IMG/VR virus record: IMGVR_UViG_3300023184_000038
Coordinates: 32,001-96,000 of that record
DNA from: a virus
Direction: 5' to 3' (one strand)
Length of the DNA stretch: 64,000 nt
Shown: positions 9,835 through 19,655 of the stretch, in pieces
Layout: each line of letters starts with the position of its first letter
Numbering within the stretch: the first letter of the stretch is position 1
The notes under the pieces: model-generated
Told to the model about the DNA's origin: nothing
Database searches by the model: none
What the model saw: only the letters and a program-made list of their open reading frames with translations
Made by a program: the position numbers and the translations under genes

Positions 9835-11544
9835 TTAGTAGATAGGTAAAATAGGATCTGGCGAAAGTTGCAAAATAGATGACAAAGGTTGACTTTGAGA
9901 AACAAATGTACCGTCTGTTAATTGCGTCTGTGCCGTGTTATTAATAAATTGTGATTGCAATGATTGATCAGCATCTGTATATCCAGTTTGTGTTCTAACA
10001 TTTGCTGAGATTCGTATCCACAATGCGCCGTCCCATCTGTAAAGTAATTGCGGAAGATAGTCAATTCGCAAAAAGTAATCACCCACTTGCGGATTTGCAG
10101 GAAAACTTATACCAGCACCTGTTGGAAATCCATTTGGCGCCTCACCTGAGCCTGACATATATCCTGCACTATAACCAAATGACCTAGGACTTGCTCTAGA
10201 TATATATTGATATGCTGGGTCACAGTCTGCTCTAAAATTCATTTGAGTAGATATTGTTCCTGTAAATCCCGTCAATGTTGGGTTTTGGTCTGCTGTTGCG
10301 TAAGTATTGTCAGCAGTGCCATATGGTCCAGTTATTACTCCCTGAGACCTAGCAACAAGAATTTTATCTCCGGAAATTGGACCGGATCCACTACCTATTA
10401 CTTCGGCAGGTAATTCCATACTTTCTAAACTCATCGTAACAAAGGCATCAATCGCATCACAATTCATATCAGCCGTCATATCCCATATACTTTTTAATGA
10501 TGTTTTTGATATTCTAATTACGGGACTAGCATTTTTATAGTTTGGATTTCTTCGCATTTGAATAGTTCCGGACACTACGACCGGTGCACCGGCTGAAGTA
10601 GTATTAACATTAATGGGCGGAGCAGGTTGTCTAAGTTTGCGAGAAAATATACCATTTTCTGAAAATTCACCATACGTTGGCACAATATATAAATCACTTG
10701 TGTCATATCCCGTCTTAGGTAAAATCCTTGCTGCTTCATTTAATGCAGCGTTGTTGACATTAATATTTTTATTATATGTTGCAAGTATATCTTTTAAATT
10801 ATCTGCGGTATCTAATTCCCAATATAATGCGTTTGGTGGAGCAATTCCGATAGGAACATCTATTTTTGAAAGATAATTTTTATCACCATATGAAATCACA
10901 TAGCCAGCAGCATACACTTTTGTACTATCCCAAATTCCAAGATAATTATCCATATTAATTGGAGCATCAAGAATCTGACTAAATTCTTCACTATCAACCA
11001 ATGGTTCACATTTAATACGCCATAGATGGGGGAACCAAGTTGGACTAAATCCTTCACTAGCATAATTACCATCAGTAACTTGCATAAATCGTTTTAACGC
11101 AACCGGAATAGTTTCTTCCAGAGGATTATAATCTAACATATGCGGCAATTCAATAACATCACCTACCATTAATTTCCTACCCAATAAATCAATCATATCA
11201 TTATAATGTATTGTAATGAATACAATATCATTATTTAAAAATAATCCAAATTGACTTAAATCAAAATCTAAATTTTGTACATTATAATGTCCACGCAATC
11301 TATATATATCAGGGTCATATGAACGGTCTCTATTTTCTAAAAATAGTAAATCTTGAATATTATTGGGATTTAGTGAATTATATTCCGGTTGAGTATAATC
11401 AGTAGAGGCACCCTGATTAGTAGGACCCAAATATTTATGAACATATAAATCAGTTGATCCAACCGTAAACATTTCTGATATTGTTTTATCAAAAAATTTA
11501 TAATCATTAGATTTGGTAGGACGATATAGACTTAAGCGAGGAAT
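9835..11544 (-). CDS. gp14: Neck / head-closure protein (T4 gp14-like), probably initiating at ATT (11544)
   Basis: IQDLLFLENRDR, LSQFGLFL.ND and GDVIELPH motifs. The frame stays open 24 codons upstream of ATG 11472 (IPRLSLYRPTKSNDYKFFDK), with GGAG 7 nt before the ATT. Confidence 0.7.
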   Translation of the reverse strand: MPRLSLYRPTKSNDYKFFDKTISEMFTVGSTDLYVHKYLGPTNQGASTDYTQPEYNSLNPNNIQDLLFLENRDRSYDPDIYRLRGHYNVQNLDFDLSQFGLFLNNDIVFITIHYNDMIDLLGRKLMVGDVIELPHMLDYNPLEETIPVALKRFMQVTDGNYASEGFSPTWFPHLWRIKCEPLVDSEEFSQILDAPINMDNYLGIWDSTKVYAAGYVISYGDKNYLSKIDVPIGIAPPNALYWELDTADNLKDILATYNKNINVNNAALNEAARILPKTGYDTSDLYIVPTYGEFSENGIFSRKLRQPAPPINVNTTSAGAPVVVSGTIQMRRNPNYKNASPVIRISKTSLKSIWDMTADMNCDAIDAFVTMSLESMELPAEVIGSGSGPISGDKILVARSQGVITGPYGTADNTYATADQNPTLTGFTGTISTQMNFRADCDPAYQYISRASPRSFGYSAGYMSGSGEAPNGFPTGAGISFPANPQVGDYFLRIDYLPQLLYRWDGALWIRISANVRTQTGYTDADQSLQSQFINNTAQTQLTDGTFVSQSQPLSSILQLSPDPILPIY

Positions 11545-11597
11545 TTTAGTTCTCCCTGTGCAAGTTTATTCTGAAGGAATTTAAATAAAGGTAGCAT
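11532..11597 (-). CDS. Putative 21-aa leader uORF (MLPLFKFLQNKLAQGELKFLA)
   Basis: ATG lies 5 nt after GATAAATA (11603-11610, minus strand); the uORF overlaps the SD and ATT of the neck gene. Confidence 0.3.
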   Translation of the reverse strand: MLPLFKFLQNKLAQGELKFLA

Positions 11598-11642
11598 ATT
11601 GTTATTTATCGTTTTATGAATAACCGTTGTTAGTTTATAAGG

Positions 11643-11671
11643 TTGACATTAAATACAGTATATGTTATAAT
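11643..11671 (+). promoter_or_regulatory. Consensus sigma70 (early) promoter
   Basis: TTGACA-17 nt-TATAAT. Confidence 0.9.
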
Positions 11672-11700
11672 TACATGTAAATTTAACAGTAGGATATAAT

Positions 11701-12906
11701 ATGGCCACTCGTAAAGTAAAGAAAATTGAAGTCCACTCTTTAGTAAAAGCACTAAATCCGCGTGATGCTGATACTAAATATCTGGGAGAAGAACCGTTGT
11801 TTGCTGAACAACCAATTAACGAATATCGTAATTCAGCATTAGCCCGGGCGTTGTCTTGGTATAATAGATTTTATAACCGAAAAGATGCCAGAGACATGAT
11901 GGCAACATACTTAGATATGCATGAGCGAACTGCTGATGCCAAGATCCTGCGTAAAGTGGCTGACCAAGAATTTGTATTACCTACATTTGCATGGTTATCC
12001 CGAATGAAATTGCGTGGATTAGAATTGACCGAGCATGAGTCAATGACTATGGAAAACGAAATAACTAGGTTGATTGCAACTGTCAATAAACCGGAAGTTA
12101 AAACACATAGTCAAATTGGTGGTCCTGCAAAACAGACCAAAGAAGAAGTTGAATCCACTAAGAAAAATGTTCAAGAAATAATGCGTGAAAAAGCCCGAGA
12201 GGCTGCAGGTGAATTAGAAGGAATGCTAGATGAATTTCATTTAGCAGGGTCGCCAACTAAACACCTCTATCGCCCAATAGATGAAGTTTCTAAAAAGAAT
12301 GTACTACCTCAGCATATTAGTATGCTTACTGAAGTTTGGAATAAAAAACTAAACGAAATGGAAAACGTTCTATTGGGAAAAGATAGTCAATTGGTTGATG
12401 GATATTCGCATTACAGTAAACATCAACTTAAAAACACTGTAAAATTTATTGAATTAGTATTAAGTGACCTTAACAGTTATATTTCTATTAAGAAAAGTGC
12501 TAAGGCACCTAGGGCTCGTAAAGCAATTCCAGTAGAAAAAATTGTATCTAAACTTAAATATTTAAAAGTATTTAAAGATGCTGCAACCAAACTTGATCTA
12601 ATCAGTATTAGTCCTGTAAAATTACACGGGAGTTCAGAAGCTTGGGTATATGATACTGCAAAACGCAAACTACATCATTTTGTAGCAGATGAGTATTCTA
12701 AAACTTTTACTGTCAAAGGTAATACTTTGCTAGGGTTTGATACCGCACAAAGTGAAGTTAAGACATTACGCAAACCTGCTGAACAACTTAACGAAATTAC
12801 CGGAAGTAAGCCAATTGCTCGTAAATTTTTCAAAGATATTAAAGCAGTTTCTACGGTGCCAAATGGCAGATTTAATTTAAGTATGATTATTTTGAAAGCA
12901 TTTTAA
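11701..12906 (+). CDS. Conserved phage protein of unknown function (early-expressed, basic)
   Basis: 401-aa ORF with AGGA SD, downstream of a perfect sigma70 promoter. Confidence 0.7.
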   Translation: MATRKVKKIEVHSLVKALNPRDADTKYLGEEPLFAEQPINEYRNSALARALSWYNRFYNRKDARDMMATYLDMHERTADAKILRKVADQEFVLPTFAWLSRMKLRGLELTEHESMTMENEITRLIATVNKPEVKTHSQIGGPAKQTKEEVESTKKNVQEIMREKAREAAGELEGMLDEFHLAGSPTKHLYRPIDEVSKKNVLPQHISMLTEVWNKKLNEMENVLLGKDSQLVDGYSHYSKHQLKNTVKFIELVLSDLNSYISIKKSAKAPRARKAIPVEKIVSKLKYLKVFKDAATKLDLISISPVKLHGSSEAWVYDTAKRKLHHFVADEYSKTFTVKGNTLLGFDTAQSEVKTLRKPAEQLNEITGSKPIARKFFKDIKAVSTVPNGRFNLSMIILKAF

Positions 12907-13338
12907 ATGAGTAACATAGATTTAAACAAATATAGCGACTTTGTAGAAGCCGTAACTAGCCAAGCCAGTAATGATTTTACTACATTTATTAGCCGTCTTG
13001 ATTGGATAGACGGAGATTTAGATAACGAAAAGTTTGATCCAAAAATCAATGTTTCATTGTTACTAACAGCAGCACTAGGGATGGCCGCAGAAACCGGCGA
13101 GTTTTGTGAGATACCTAAAAAGGTTTTCTTTCAAGGTAAACCATTAAATGATGAAGCCATATTCCATATGAAGAGAGAACTCGGAGATGTAATATGGTAT
13201 TGGATGAATGCATGTAGGGCACTTGGATTAAATCCCAATGATGTAATTGCTGAAAATGTAAATAAACTTAAATCTAGGTATCCAGGGGGCGCATTTGACG
13301 CACATTACTCAGAACATCGTAAGGATGGCGATATTTAA
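12907..13338 (+). CDS. MazG-like nucleotide pyrophosphohydrolase
   Basis: LGMAAETGEFCE..KK...ELGDVIWY..N..KL..RYP. Confidence 0.85.
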   Translation: MSNIDLNKYSDFVEAVTSQASNDFTTFISRLDWIDGDLDNEKFDPKINVSLLLTAALGMAAETGEFCEIPKKVFFQGKPLNDEAIFHMKRELGDVIWYWMNACRALGLNPNDVIAENVNKLKSRYPGGAFDAHYSEHRKDGDI

Positions 13339-13407
13339 GCTTTTAGATAAATCCTAAGTATCTAATACAGTGTAGTCTGATAAATACATTATATATCAGG
13401 AACACAT

Positions 13408-14205
13408 ATGAGCATAGGCACACTAGCAAACGTACTAAGCACCCCATCCGGTCTAACACTAGATGAATTAAAAGAATCTCTTTTTGCAAATTTGCAGTAT
13501 AGACTTGGTGCCGGAATAATTGATCTAGAATTAGATCCTGAGCATTTACAAGCGGCATATAACTATGCCATAAAAATATATCGTCAGCGGGCGCAAAATG
13601 CAACTGCGGAATCCTACATTTTAATGACAGTAGTTAAGAATGTTGACACTTATACATTACCGCAACAATTTATTAATGTTAGAAGTATTTTTAGAAGGAC
13701 AGTAGGACTTGAAACTGGCCCAGGTTCTAGTTCGTTTGATCCATTTAGCAGTGCAATTTTAAATACATATTTGCTCAATTACAATTATGCAGGTGGAATG
13801 GCAACTTATGATTTATATGCTGGATATGTTGAATTAGCCGCTAGAATGTTTGGCGGATATGTCATATACACATTTGATCCTGTTAGTAAAGTGTTAAGAA
13901 TTGTTCGTGATCCAAAAGGAGATGGTGAAAAAGTTTTGATTTGGGCTGATGTTCAACGAACTGAAGAAATATTATTACAAGACCCGGGCGCCGGTGTATG
14001 GATTGGTGATTTTATACTAGCAATACTCAAGGGTATTATAGGAGAAGCCCGAGAAAAATTTGGAACTATTGCCGGCCCCGGAGGCGGAACAAGTTTGAAT
14101 GGTGCTGCTATGAAAGCAGAAAGTAAAGCTATGCAAGAACAATTAATTGAAGAATTAAAGAAGTATGTAGACTATTCTCAGCCCTTAACTTGGGTCCAAG
14201 GCTAA
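13408..14205 (+). CDS. gp13: Neck protein (T4 gp13-like head-tail adaptor)
   Basis: RLG..IIDLELD.E...K.IIGEAREKF..I.GPGGG..LNG...K.E; late promoter GATAAATA at about 13379. Confidence 0.8.
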   Translation: MSIGTLANVLSTPSGLTLDELKESLFANLQYRLGAGIIDLELDPEHLQAAYNYAIKIYRQRAQNATAESYILMTVVKNVDTYTLPQQFINVRSIFRRTVGLETGPGSSSFDPFSSAILNTYLLNYNYAGGMATYDLYAGYVELAARMFGGYVIYTFDPVSKVLRIVRDPKGDGEKVLIWADVQRTEEILLQDPGAGVWIGDFILAILKGIIGEAREKFGTIAGPGGGTSLNGAAMKAESKAMQEQLIEELKKYVDYSQPLTWVQG

Positions 14206-14309
14206 TTCTCATTTGGATTAGTGGGTGAGGACTAGAAACAAGGCTTACCTAAATGCTTTATATTGCCTTGTTTCTGTAATATAATAAGTAATTCAGGAGC
14301 ATTTCAAAT

Positions 14310-14942
14310 ATGATTATTGGAATTACGGGATTAATTTCAAGCGGCAAAGACACAATTGCTGACTATCTTACCACTTATCAAGGATTCAAACGAATTAGTT
14401 TTGCTGCTAGTCTTAAAGATTCAGTAGCAGCAATCTTTGATTGGGATCGAGAATCACTAGAAGGTACAACAAAAGCCAGTAGAGTATGGCGTGAGCAAAA
14501 AGACGAGTGGTGGAGTAATCGTTTAAAAATGGATATTACTCCAAGATGGATTCTACAGTACTGGGGCACAGATGTATGTCGTAACCACTTTCATAATGAT
14601 ATTTGGGTAGCAAGTGTTGAACATAGACTATTGAATTCCAAAGAAGATATTGTAATTACAGATTGCAGATTTTCTAATGAAGTTGCTGCTATCAAAAATG
14701 CAGGCGGGATAGCGATTAGAGTGCAACGTGGCTTAAATCCTGAATGGTATGATTCAGCAATAGCATATAATAGAGGTCCAAATGGTAATTCATCTTGGGC
14801 ATTAAGCAAGATGAAATTAGATAATATGAAAATTCATGCTAGTGAATACAGTAGCGTTGGATTAAAATATGACCATGTTATAGAGAATAACGGTACTATA
14901 GATAGTTTACATGAGAAAATAAAAAATTTAATCAACAATTAA
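14310..14942 (+). CDS. Deoxynucleoside monophosphate kinase (T4 gp1-like)
   Basis: IIGITGLISSGKDT, FAASLKD, TPRWILQYWGTD, ITDCRFSNE, HASE. Confidence 0.9.
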   Translation: MIIGITGLISSGKDTIADYLTTYQGFKRISFAASLKDSVAAIFDWDRESLEGTTKASRVWREQKDEWWSNRLKMDITPRWILQYWGTDVCRNHFHNDIWVASVEHRLLNSKEDIVITDCRFSNEVAAIKNAGGIAIRVQRGLNPEWYDSAIAYNRGPNGNSSWALSKMKLDNMKIHASEYSSVGLKYDHVIENNGTIDSLHEKIKNLINN

Positions 14943-15278
14943 ATCTCCTCTTTTCCAAGTTACTTCTGTTTTTTTAACTATTTCTACACAATTCAAGCAT
15001 ATAGTTCTAAGATTAGATAACTCAATATTTTCAAGTTTTCCGTCAATATGAAACACAGTTAGTTGAGAAGGATACTTACTATGAAAGCCACATAAATCAC
15101 ATGTGGCTTTTTTTTTGTATCCACTTTTTTGCCAACTAGGCTGTCTTGGTTTCAACTTATTCTTTTTTCTACCACATTCATCACATGTACTTCTGTAATG
15201 TGTAACACCATTGCGTATATAATTTATAGCAGTGTGATTTTTGTTACATTTTTTGCATATTGGACGTTGTAGTAGCAT
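14928..15278 (-). CDS. Zn-binding HNH-family protein
   Basis: CxxC pairs plus HIDG...N...NLRTICLNC. Confidence 0.75.
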   Translation of the reverse strand: MLLQRPICKKCNKNHTAINYIRNGVTHYRSTCDECGRKKNKLKPRQPSWQKSGYKKKATCDLCGFHSKYPSQLTVFHIDGKLENIELSNLRTICLNCVEIVKKTEVTWKRGDLIVD

Positions 15279-15350
15279 ATTATATTTATTACTAAGACCT
15301 TTAAAGGTACGGTTATACCAACTTTTTTAGATTTATGTATAAATAATAGT

Positions 15351-15395
15351 ATGCAAACAGGTTGTAAACCTCATAATCTTACTAAAGGAAAATAA
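15351..15395 (+). CDS. Putative 14-aa leader uORF (MQTGCKPHNLTKGK)
   Basis: ATG lies 5 nt after TATAAATA (15338-15345); the stop is 1 nt before the sheath ATG. Confidence 0.3.
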   Translation: MQTGCKPHNLTKGK

Positions 15396-15396
15396 A

Positions 15397-18300
15397 ATGG
15401 CATTAACATCACCCGGCGTAGAAGTCACCATCATTGACCAAAGTCAATATTTACCAGCACCAGGCAGTTCTGTTCCCCTTATCGTATTAGCAACTGCTCA
15501 AAATAAAGCTGATGCATCCGGTACCGGCGTTGCACAAGCAACTACGCTTGCTAATGCTAATAAATTGTATCAAATAACAAGTCAGCGTGATTTAGTTAAT
15601 TTATACGGCACACCATTTTTCTATTCTACTACTGCAGGTACGCCAATTCAAGGATATGAACTTAATGAATATGGATTATTAGCAGCATATTCAACTTTGG
15701 GTGTTACCAATCGTGCTTACATTTTACGCTGTGCCATTGATTTAGCCAGCTTAGTCGGTCAAACAGGTAGACCTACTGCCAACCCAGACGACGGAACCTA
15801 CTGGTTAGATAGCACTACATCAACTTGGGGTATATTTGAATTTAATGCAACAACTGCTAAATTCGTAGAGCAAATTCCAATTGTTATTACTGATGCTACT
15901 GAGTTAACGTCAGGTGCTCCAATTCAAAGTATAGGTAATATCGGAGATTATGCGGTAAATGCAATTCAAATGACAACTAGTCCTTCGTATGTAGAACAGT
16001 ATTTTTATAAATCTCCATCTAATACTTGGGTTGGAGTAGGAAAAGTTGGATGGAGAGAATCATGGCCTACGGTCCAAGGAACAAACTCTCCAAGTTCACT
16101 TACTGCCGGAAACACTTTTACATTAAGTATGAATGGGACTTACACAATTACTGTAACGGTACCGGCATCTGCTAGTAACACCGTTTCAGGTGTGGCGGCT
16201 GCAATTAATGCATTGGGCTATTTTAATTTATCTGCAAGTGTAGCAAGTGGAAAACTTAACATTTATTCTATGCAGAATCGTATATTTTCACAATCTAATG
16301 TGTCTATAACCGTGGCCGCTGCGACTGGTACAGTTTTGACTGACTTGGGAATTACCGCAGGAACATATTATCAACCGGGACTAGTGTGGGGAACTTCATC
16401 TGAAATGCCGTTGTGGGCAGCAGGGCAAACATACCCTCATCCAACCGGATCCCTCTGGTTAAAAGGAAGTTCTTCCGGTAATGGATTAAATCCGGCGGTA
16501 TCTAAATTTAATTCTACTACTGCGTCATGGGTAACTAAAACAGTAACTACCGCTACATCAGATTGGGATACCGCGTATGATATAGATTCAACTGGCGGGC
16601 AAGCAATTCCGGCAGGAAGTGTATATGCACAATACGATTTTAACGATGTATATGCATCTGGGCCTGTGTATTTATGGGAGCGACTTGCTACTGGACCAAC
16701 CGTGGTAACTAGTTCATTAACTTCATATTCATTTGCCGCACAAACGTACACCTTGTATGTTCAAACTAGTGTGCCTGGCTCAAGTGCGTTATCAAGTACT
16801 TATACGGTCACCGTTCCAGTTTCTGCTACTGCTGCTACTTTTGTTACTGCTTGGGCAGCCCAAGCAATATTATACACTCAAGCATCAGTAAATGCGGCAG
16901 GATCTATTGTATTAACTCATACTGAGGGCGGAGAAATTATATTAAATGATTTTAGCACAAGTACTGGAGTTAGTAACGGTGTAATTGCTTTAGCCGGATT
17001 TGCAATAGGCACAAATGATAGTTGCAAATATGGGCCGTCAGCAGTTACCAATTTTAGTGTTGTGCCAACCGGCGGAACCGGATCCGGTATAGGTACTATT
17101 GCAGTAAGATTAGCGTATGCGTCATATCTTATAAACCAAAATACTTTTGGTAATGCTGGTACAGGATACACTGTAGGTGATATTCTTACTGTGGTGGGTG
17201 CAAATTTAGGAGGAGTTACTACTACTAATAATTTAACGGTAAAAGTTACTCAAGTGAGTGGTGCCGGCGCAGTTCAAGGAATTACGTATGCTAGTGGCAC
17301 GGCGGTTAGCACATATACAACACAATTAAGTAATTGGGTAGAATTTACATATGAAACCAATGAAGGTCAACCAAATGTAGCACCTGCTAATAATACTAAT
17401 TGGTTCTATAGCGTTACTGATCAAGTTGATATTATGGTAAATTACAACGGCGCGTGGAAAGGATATAAAAATCAAAACTATGACGCTAATGGATTTCCAA
17501 CCCCAACAGGATCAAATACAACTGACCCGGCGGGTCCATTAGTAAGTGCTACTGCACCTACTTTACAAAGTGATAGCACTGCATTAGTATACGGAGATTT
17601 ATGGATTGACACTTCAGATTTAGAAATGTATCCTGTAATTAAACGTTGGCAATTGGTGGATGGAGTTGCTCAGTGGGTATTAATAGATTCTACTGACCAA
17701 GTATCATCTGACGGTGTATTATTTGCTGATGCTCGTTGGGCATTGAATGGTACCACAAATCCATATAATGATCCTATTCCAACAATCGTATCATTATTAA
17801 CAAGTAATTACTTAGATTTAGATGCTCCAAATGATGCTAATTATCCAGTTGGAATGTTGTTATTCAATACACGCCGCAGCGGATATAATGTAAAACAATT
17901 TAAAGTAGATTATTTTAACAATACTGATTTTGCAGGTGAAACTCTTCCAACAGAAACAGATGCATGGGTAACAGTAAGCGGGTTGCGTTCTGACGGTAGT
18001 CCGTATATGGGTCGTTCTGCTCAACGGGCAATGGTTGTTCAATCATTACGTTCAGCAATAGACACTAATACTGATATACGTGATGAAGATAATTTCTTTA
18101 ACTTAATGGCTACTCCTAATTACCCAGAATTACAACCAAATATGGTTGTATTAAATGCTGACCGAGGCGAAACTGGATATATTTTAGGTGATACTCCATT
18201 GGGATTAGCCGACAGTGCTACTGAGATTCAAGCATGGGCAACAAACGCCGCGGGTGCTACTTCTACCGGAGAAGCAGGTTGTGTTACCCGTAACACATAC

Positions 18301-18951
18301 TTAGGATTGTTCTATCCAAGTGGCATAGCAAATGATTTATCAGGTAATGAAGTTGTAGTTCCAGCATCACATATGATGATGCGTACATTCTTACGTAATG
18401 ATACTAATGCTTATCCTTGGTTAGCGGCAGCAGGCACTCGTAGGGGTACTATTGATAATGCATTAAACATTGGATATTTAAATCGTGATACTGGTGAATT
18501 CCAAACAATTAAAACACGGCTTGGTATTCGTGATGTATTATATATTAATTTTATTAATCCAATGGTATTCTTTACCGGAGTTGGACTATTGAATTATGGT
18601 AATAAGACCTCCTTCAATTCTTCAAGTGCATTAGACAGAACTAACGTTGCTAGATTGGTTGCTTATATTCGTAGACAACTAACATTAGCAGCTAGACCGT
18701 TTGTGTTTGAACCCAATGATGCATTAACAAGACAGCAAATTGCTGGAGTTGTTGAATCATTAATGATAGACTTAGTTGCTAAACGCGGCTTATATGACTA
18801 TCTTGTTGTATGTGATGATTCAAATAATACACCGGCTAGAATTGATAGAAACGAACTTTGGATTGATGTTGCAGTAGAACCAGTTAAAGCTGCTGAATTT
18901 ATATATATCCCGGTTCGTATTCTAAATACCGGAGAATTATCTGGAGCATAA
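15397..18951 (+). CDS. gp18: Contractile tail sheath protein (gp18-like) with a large inserted domain
   Basis: MALTSPGVEVTIID N-terminus; C-terminal PWLAAAG..RG, INP, ALDRTNVARL, FEPND..TR, CDDSNNT...IDRNEL.....EPVKAAEFI. Confidence 0.95.
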   Translation: MALTSPGVEVTIIDQSQYLPAPGSSVPLIVLATAQNKADASGTGVAQATTLANANKLYQITSQRDLVNLYGTPFFYSTTAGTPIQGYELNEYGLLAAYSTLGVTNRAYILRCAIDLASLVGQTGRPTANPDDGTYWLDSTTSTWGIFEFNATTAKFVEQIPIVITDATELTSGAPIQSIGNIGDYAVNAIQMTTSPSYVEQYFYKSPSNTWVGVGKVGWRESWPTVQGTNSPSSLTAGNTFTLSMNGTYTITVTVPASASNTVSGVAAAINALGYFNLSASVASGKLNIYSMQNRIFSQSNVSITVAAATGTVLTDLGITAGTYYQPGLVWGTSSEMPLWAAGQTYPHPTGSLWLKGSSSGNGLNPAVSKFNSTTASWVTKTVTTATSDWDTAYDIDSTGGQAIPAGSVYAQYDFNDVYASGPVYLWERLATGPTVVTSSLTSYSFAAQTYTLYVQTSVPGSSALSSTYTVTVPVSATAATFVTAWAAQAILYTQASVNAAGSIVLTHTEGGEIILNDFSTSTGVSNGVIALAGFAIGTNDSCKYGPSAVTNFSVVPTGGTGSGIGTIAVRLAYASYLINQNTFGNAGTGYTVGDILTVVGANLGGVTTTNNLTVKVTQVSGAGAVQGITYASGTAVSTYTTQLSNWVEFTYETNEGQPNVAPANNTNWFYSVTDQVDIMVNYNGAWKGYKNQNYDANGFPTPTGSNTTDPAGPLVSATAPTLQSDSTALVYGDLWIDTSDLEMYPVIKRWQLVDGVAQWVLIDSTDQVSSDGVLFADARWALNGTTNPYNDPIPTIVSLLTSNYLDLDAPNDANYPVGMLLFNTRRSGYNVKQFKVDYFNNTDFAGETLPTETDAWVTVSGLRSDGSPYMGRSAQRAMVVQSLRSAIDTNTDIRDEDNFFNLMATPNYPELQPNMVVLNADRGETGYILGDTPLGLADSATEIQAWATNAAGATSTGEAGCVTRNTYLGLFYPSGIANDLSGNEVVVPASHMMMRTFLRNDTNAYPWLAAAGTRRGTIDNALNIGYLNRDTGEFQTIKTRLGIRDVLYINFINPMVFFTGVGLLNYGNKTSFNSSSALDRTNVARLVAYIRRQLTLAARPFVFEPNDALTRQQIAGVVESLMIDLVAKRGLYDYLVVCDDSNNTPARIDRNELWIDVAVEPVKAAEFIYIPVRILNTGELSGA

Positions 18952-18991
18952 TATAAATGTCCTTTGGGACATTTATATTCTAAGATAAATA
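18950..18991 (+). promoter_or_regulatory. 13-bp-stem hairpin (terminator or processing site) followed by late promoter GATAAATA
   Basis: aatataaatgtcc-tttg-ggacatttatatt; GATAAATA at 18984-18991. Confidence 0.6.
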
Positions 18992-19013
18992 CTATTAATA
19001 GGAGAAATTAAAA

Positions 19014-19640
19014 ATGGCATCAGCATCATTAACAAACATGTCCGTGGCAGCAGACGGGTCACCAGCAAATCAGGGCTTGTTAATGCCCAAACTGCAATAT
19101 AGATTTAGAGTTATATTCTCAAATTTTGGAGTGGATAAGGCATCAACAGTATTAACACAACAAGTAGTAGATTGCTCACGCCCTACTGTTAGTTTTGGTG
19201 AAATTACATTGCCTATTTATAATTCAACTTTGTATTTGGCTGGTAAAGCAACTTGGTCTGCTATGTCTATTAATCTTAGAGATGATGCAGGAGGTGCAGT
19301 ATCTAAATTAGTAGGGCAACAATTGCAAAAGCAAATGGATTTTATGGAACAAGCCAGTGCTGCAACTGGGCAAGATTATAAATTTCAAACTAATATTCAA
19401 ATATTAGATGGTGGTAACGGTACCGCAGCAGTTGGTATATTAGAAACATGGCAATTGTATGGCTGCTTTTTAGTATCTGCTAATTACAATACTTTAAATT
19501 ATTCAGCAAACGAGGCAGTCACAATAGCGTTATCTATTAGATATGACAACGCTGCTCTTACCCCAGATGATAAAAATGTTGGTGGAACATTTGCTCGTCA
19601 ATTAGGCGGTGCATTGGTAAGTGGTGTAGGCGCCGGCTAA
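19014..19640 (+). CDS. gp19: Tail tube protein (gp19-like)
   Basis: Follows the sheath gene; PKLQYRFRV, YLAGK.TW, W.LYGCF, L.IRYD. Confidence 0.85.
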   Translation: MASASLTNMSVAADGSPANQGLLMPKLQYRFRVIFSNFGVDKASTVLTQQVVDCSRPTVSFGEITLPIYNSTLYLAGKATWSAMSINLRDDAGGAVSKLVGQQLQKQMDFMEQASAATGQDYKFQTNIQILDGGNGTAAVGILETWQLYGCFLVSANYNTLNYSANEAVTIALSIRYDNAALTPDDKNVGGTFARQLGGALVSGVGAG

Positions 19641-19655
19641 TTAATCGTAAATTAG

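Noticed and set aside
14928-15278. HNH gene as a mobile homing endonuclease or as the cassette recombinase
   Set aside because: Short, has its own late promoter, and shows no flanking signature; nothing links it to the junction word.
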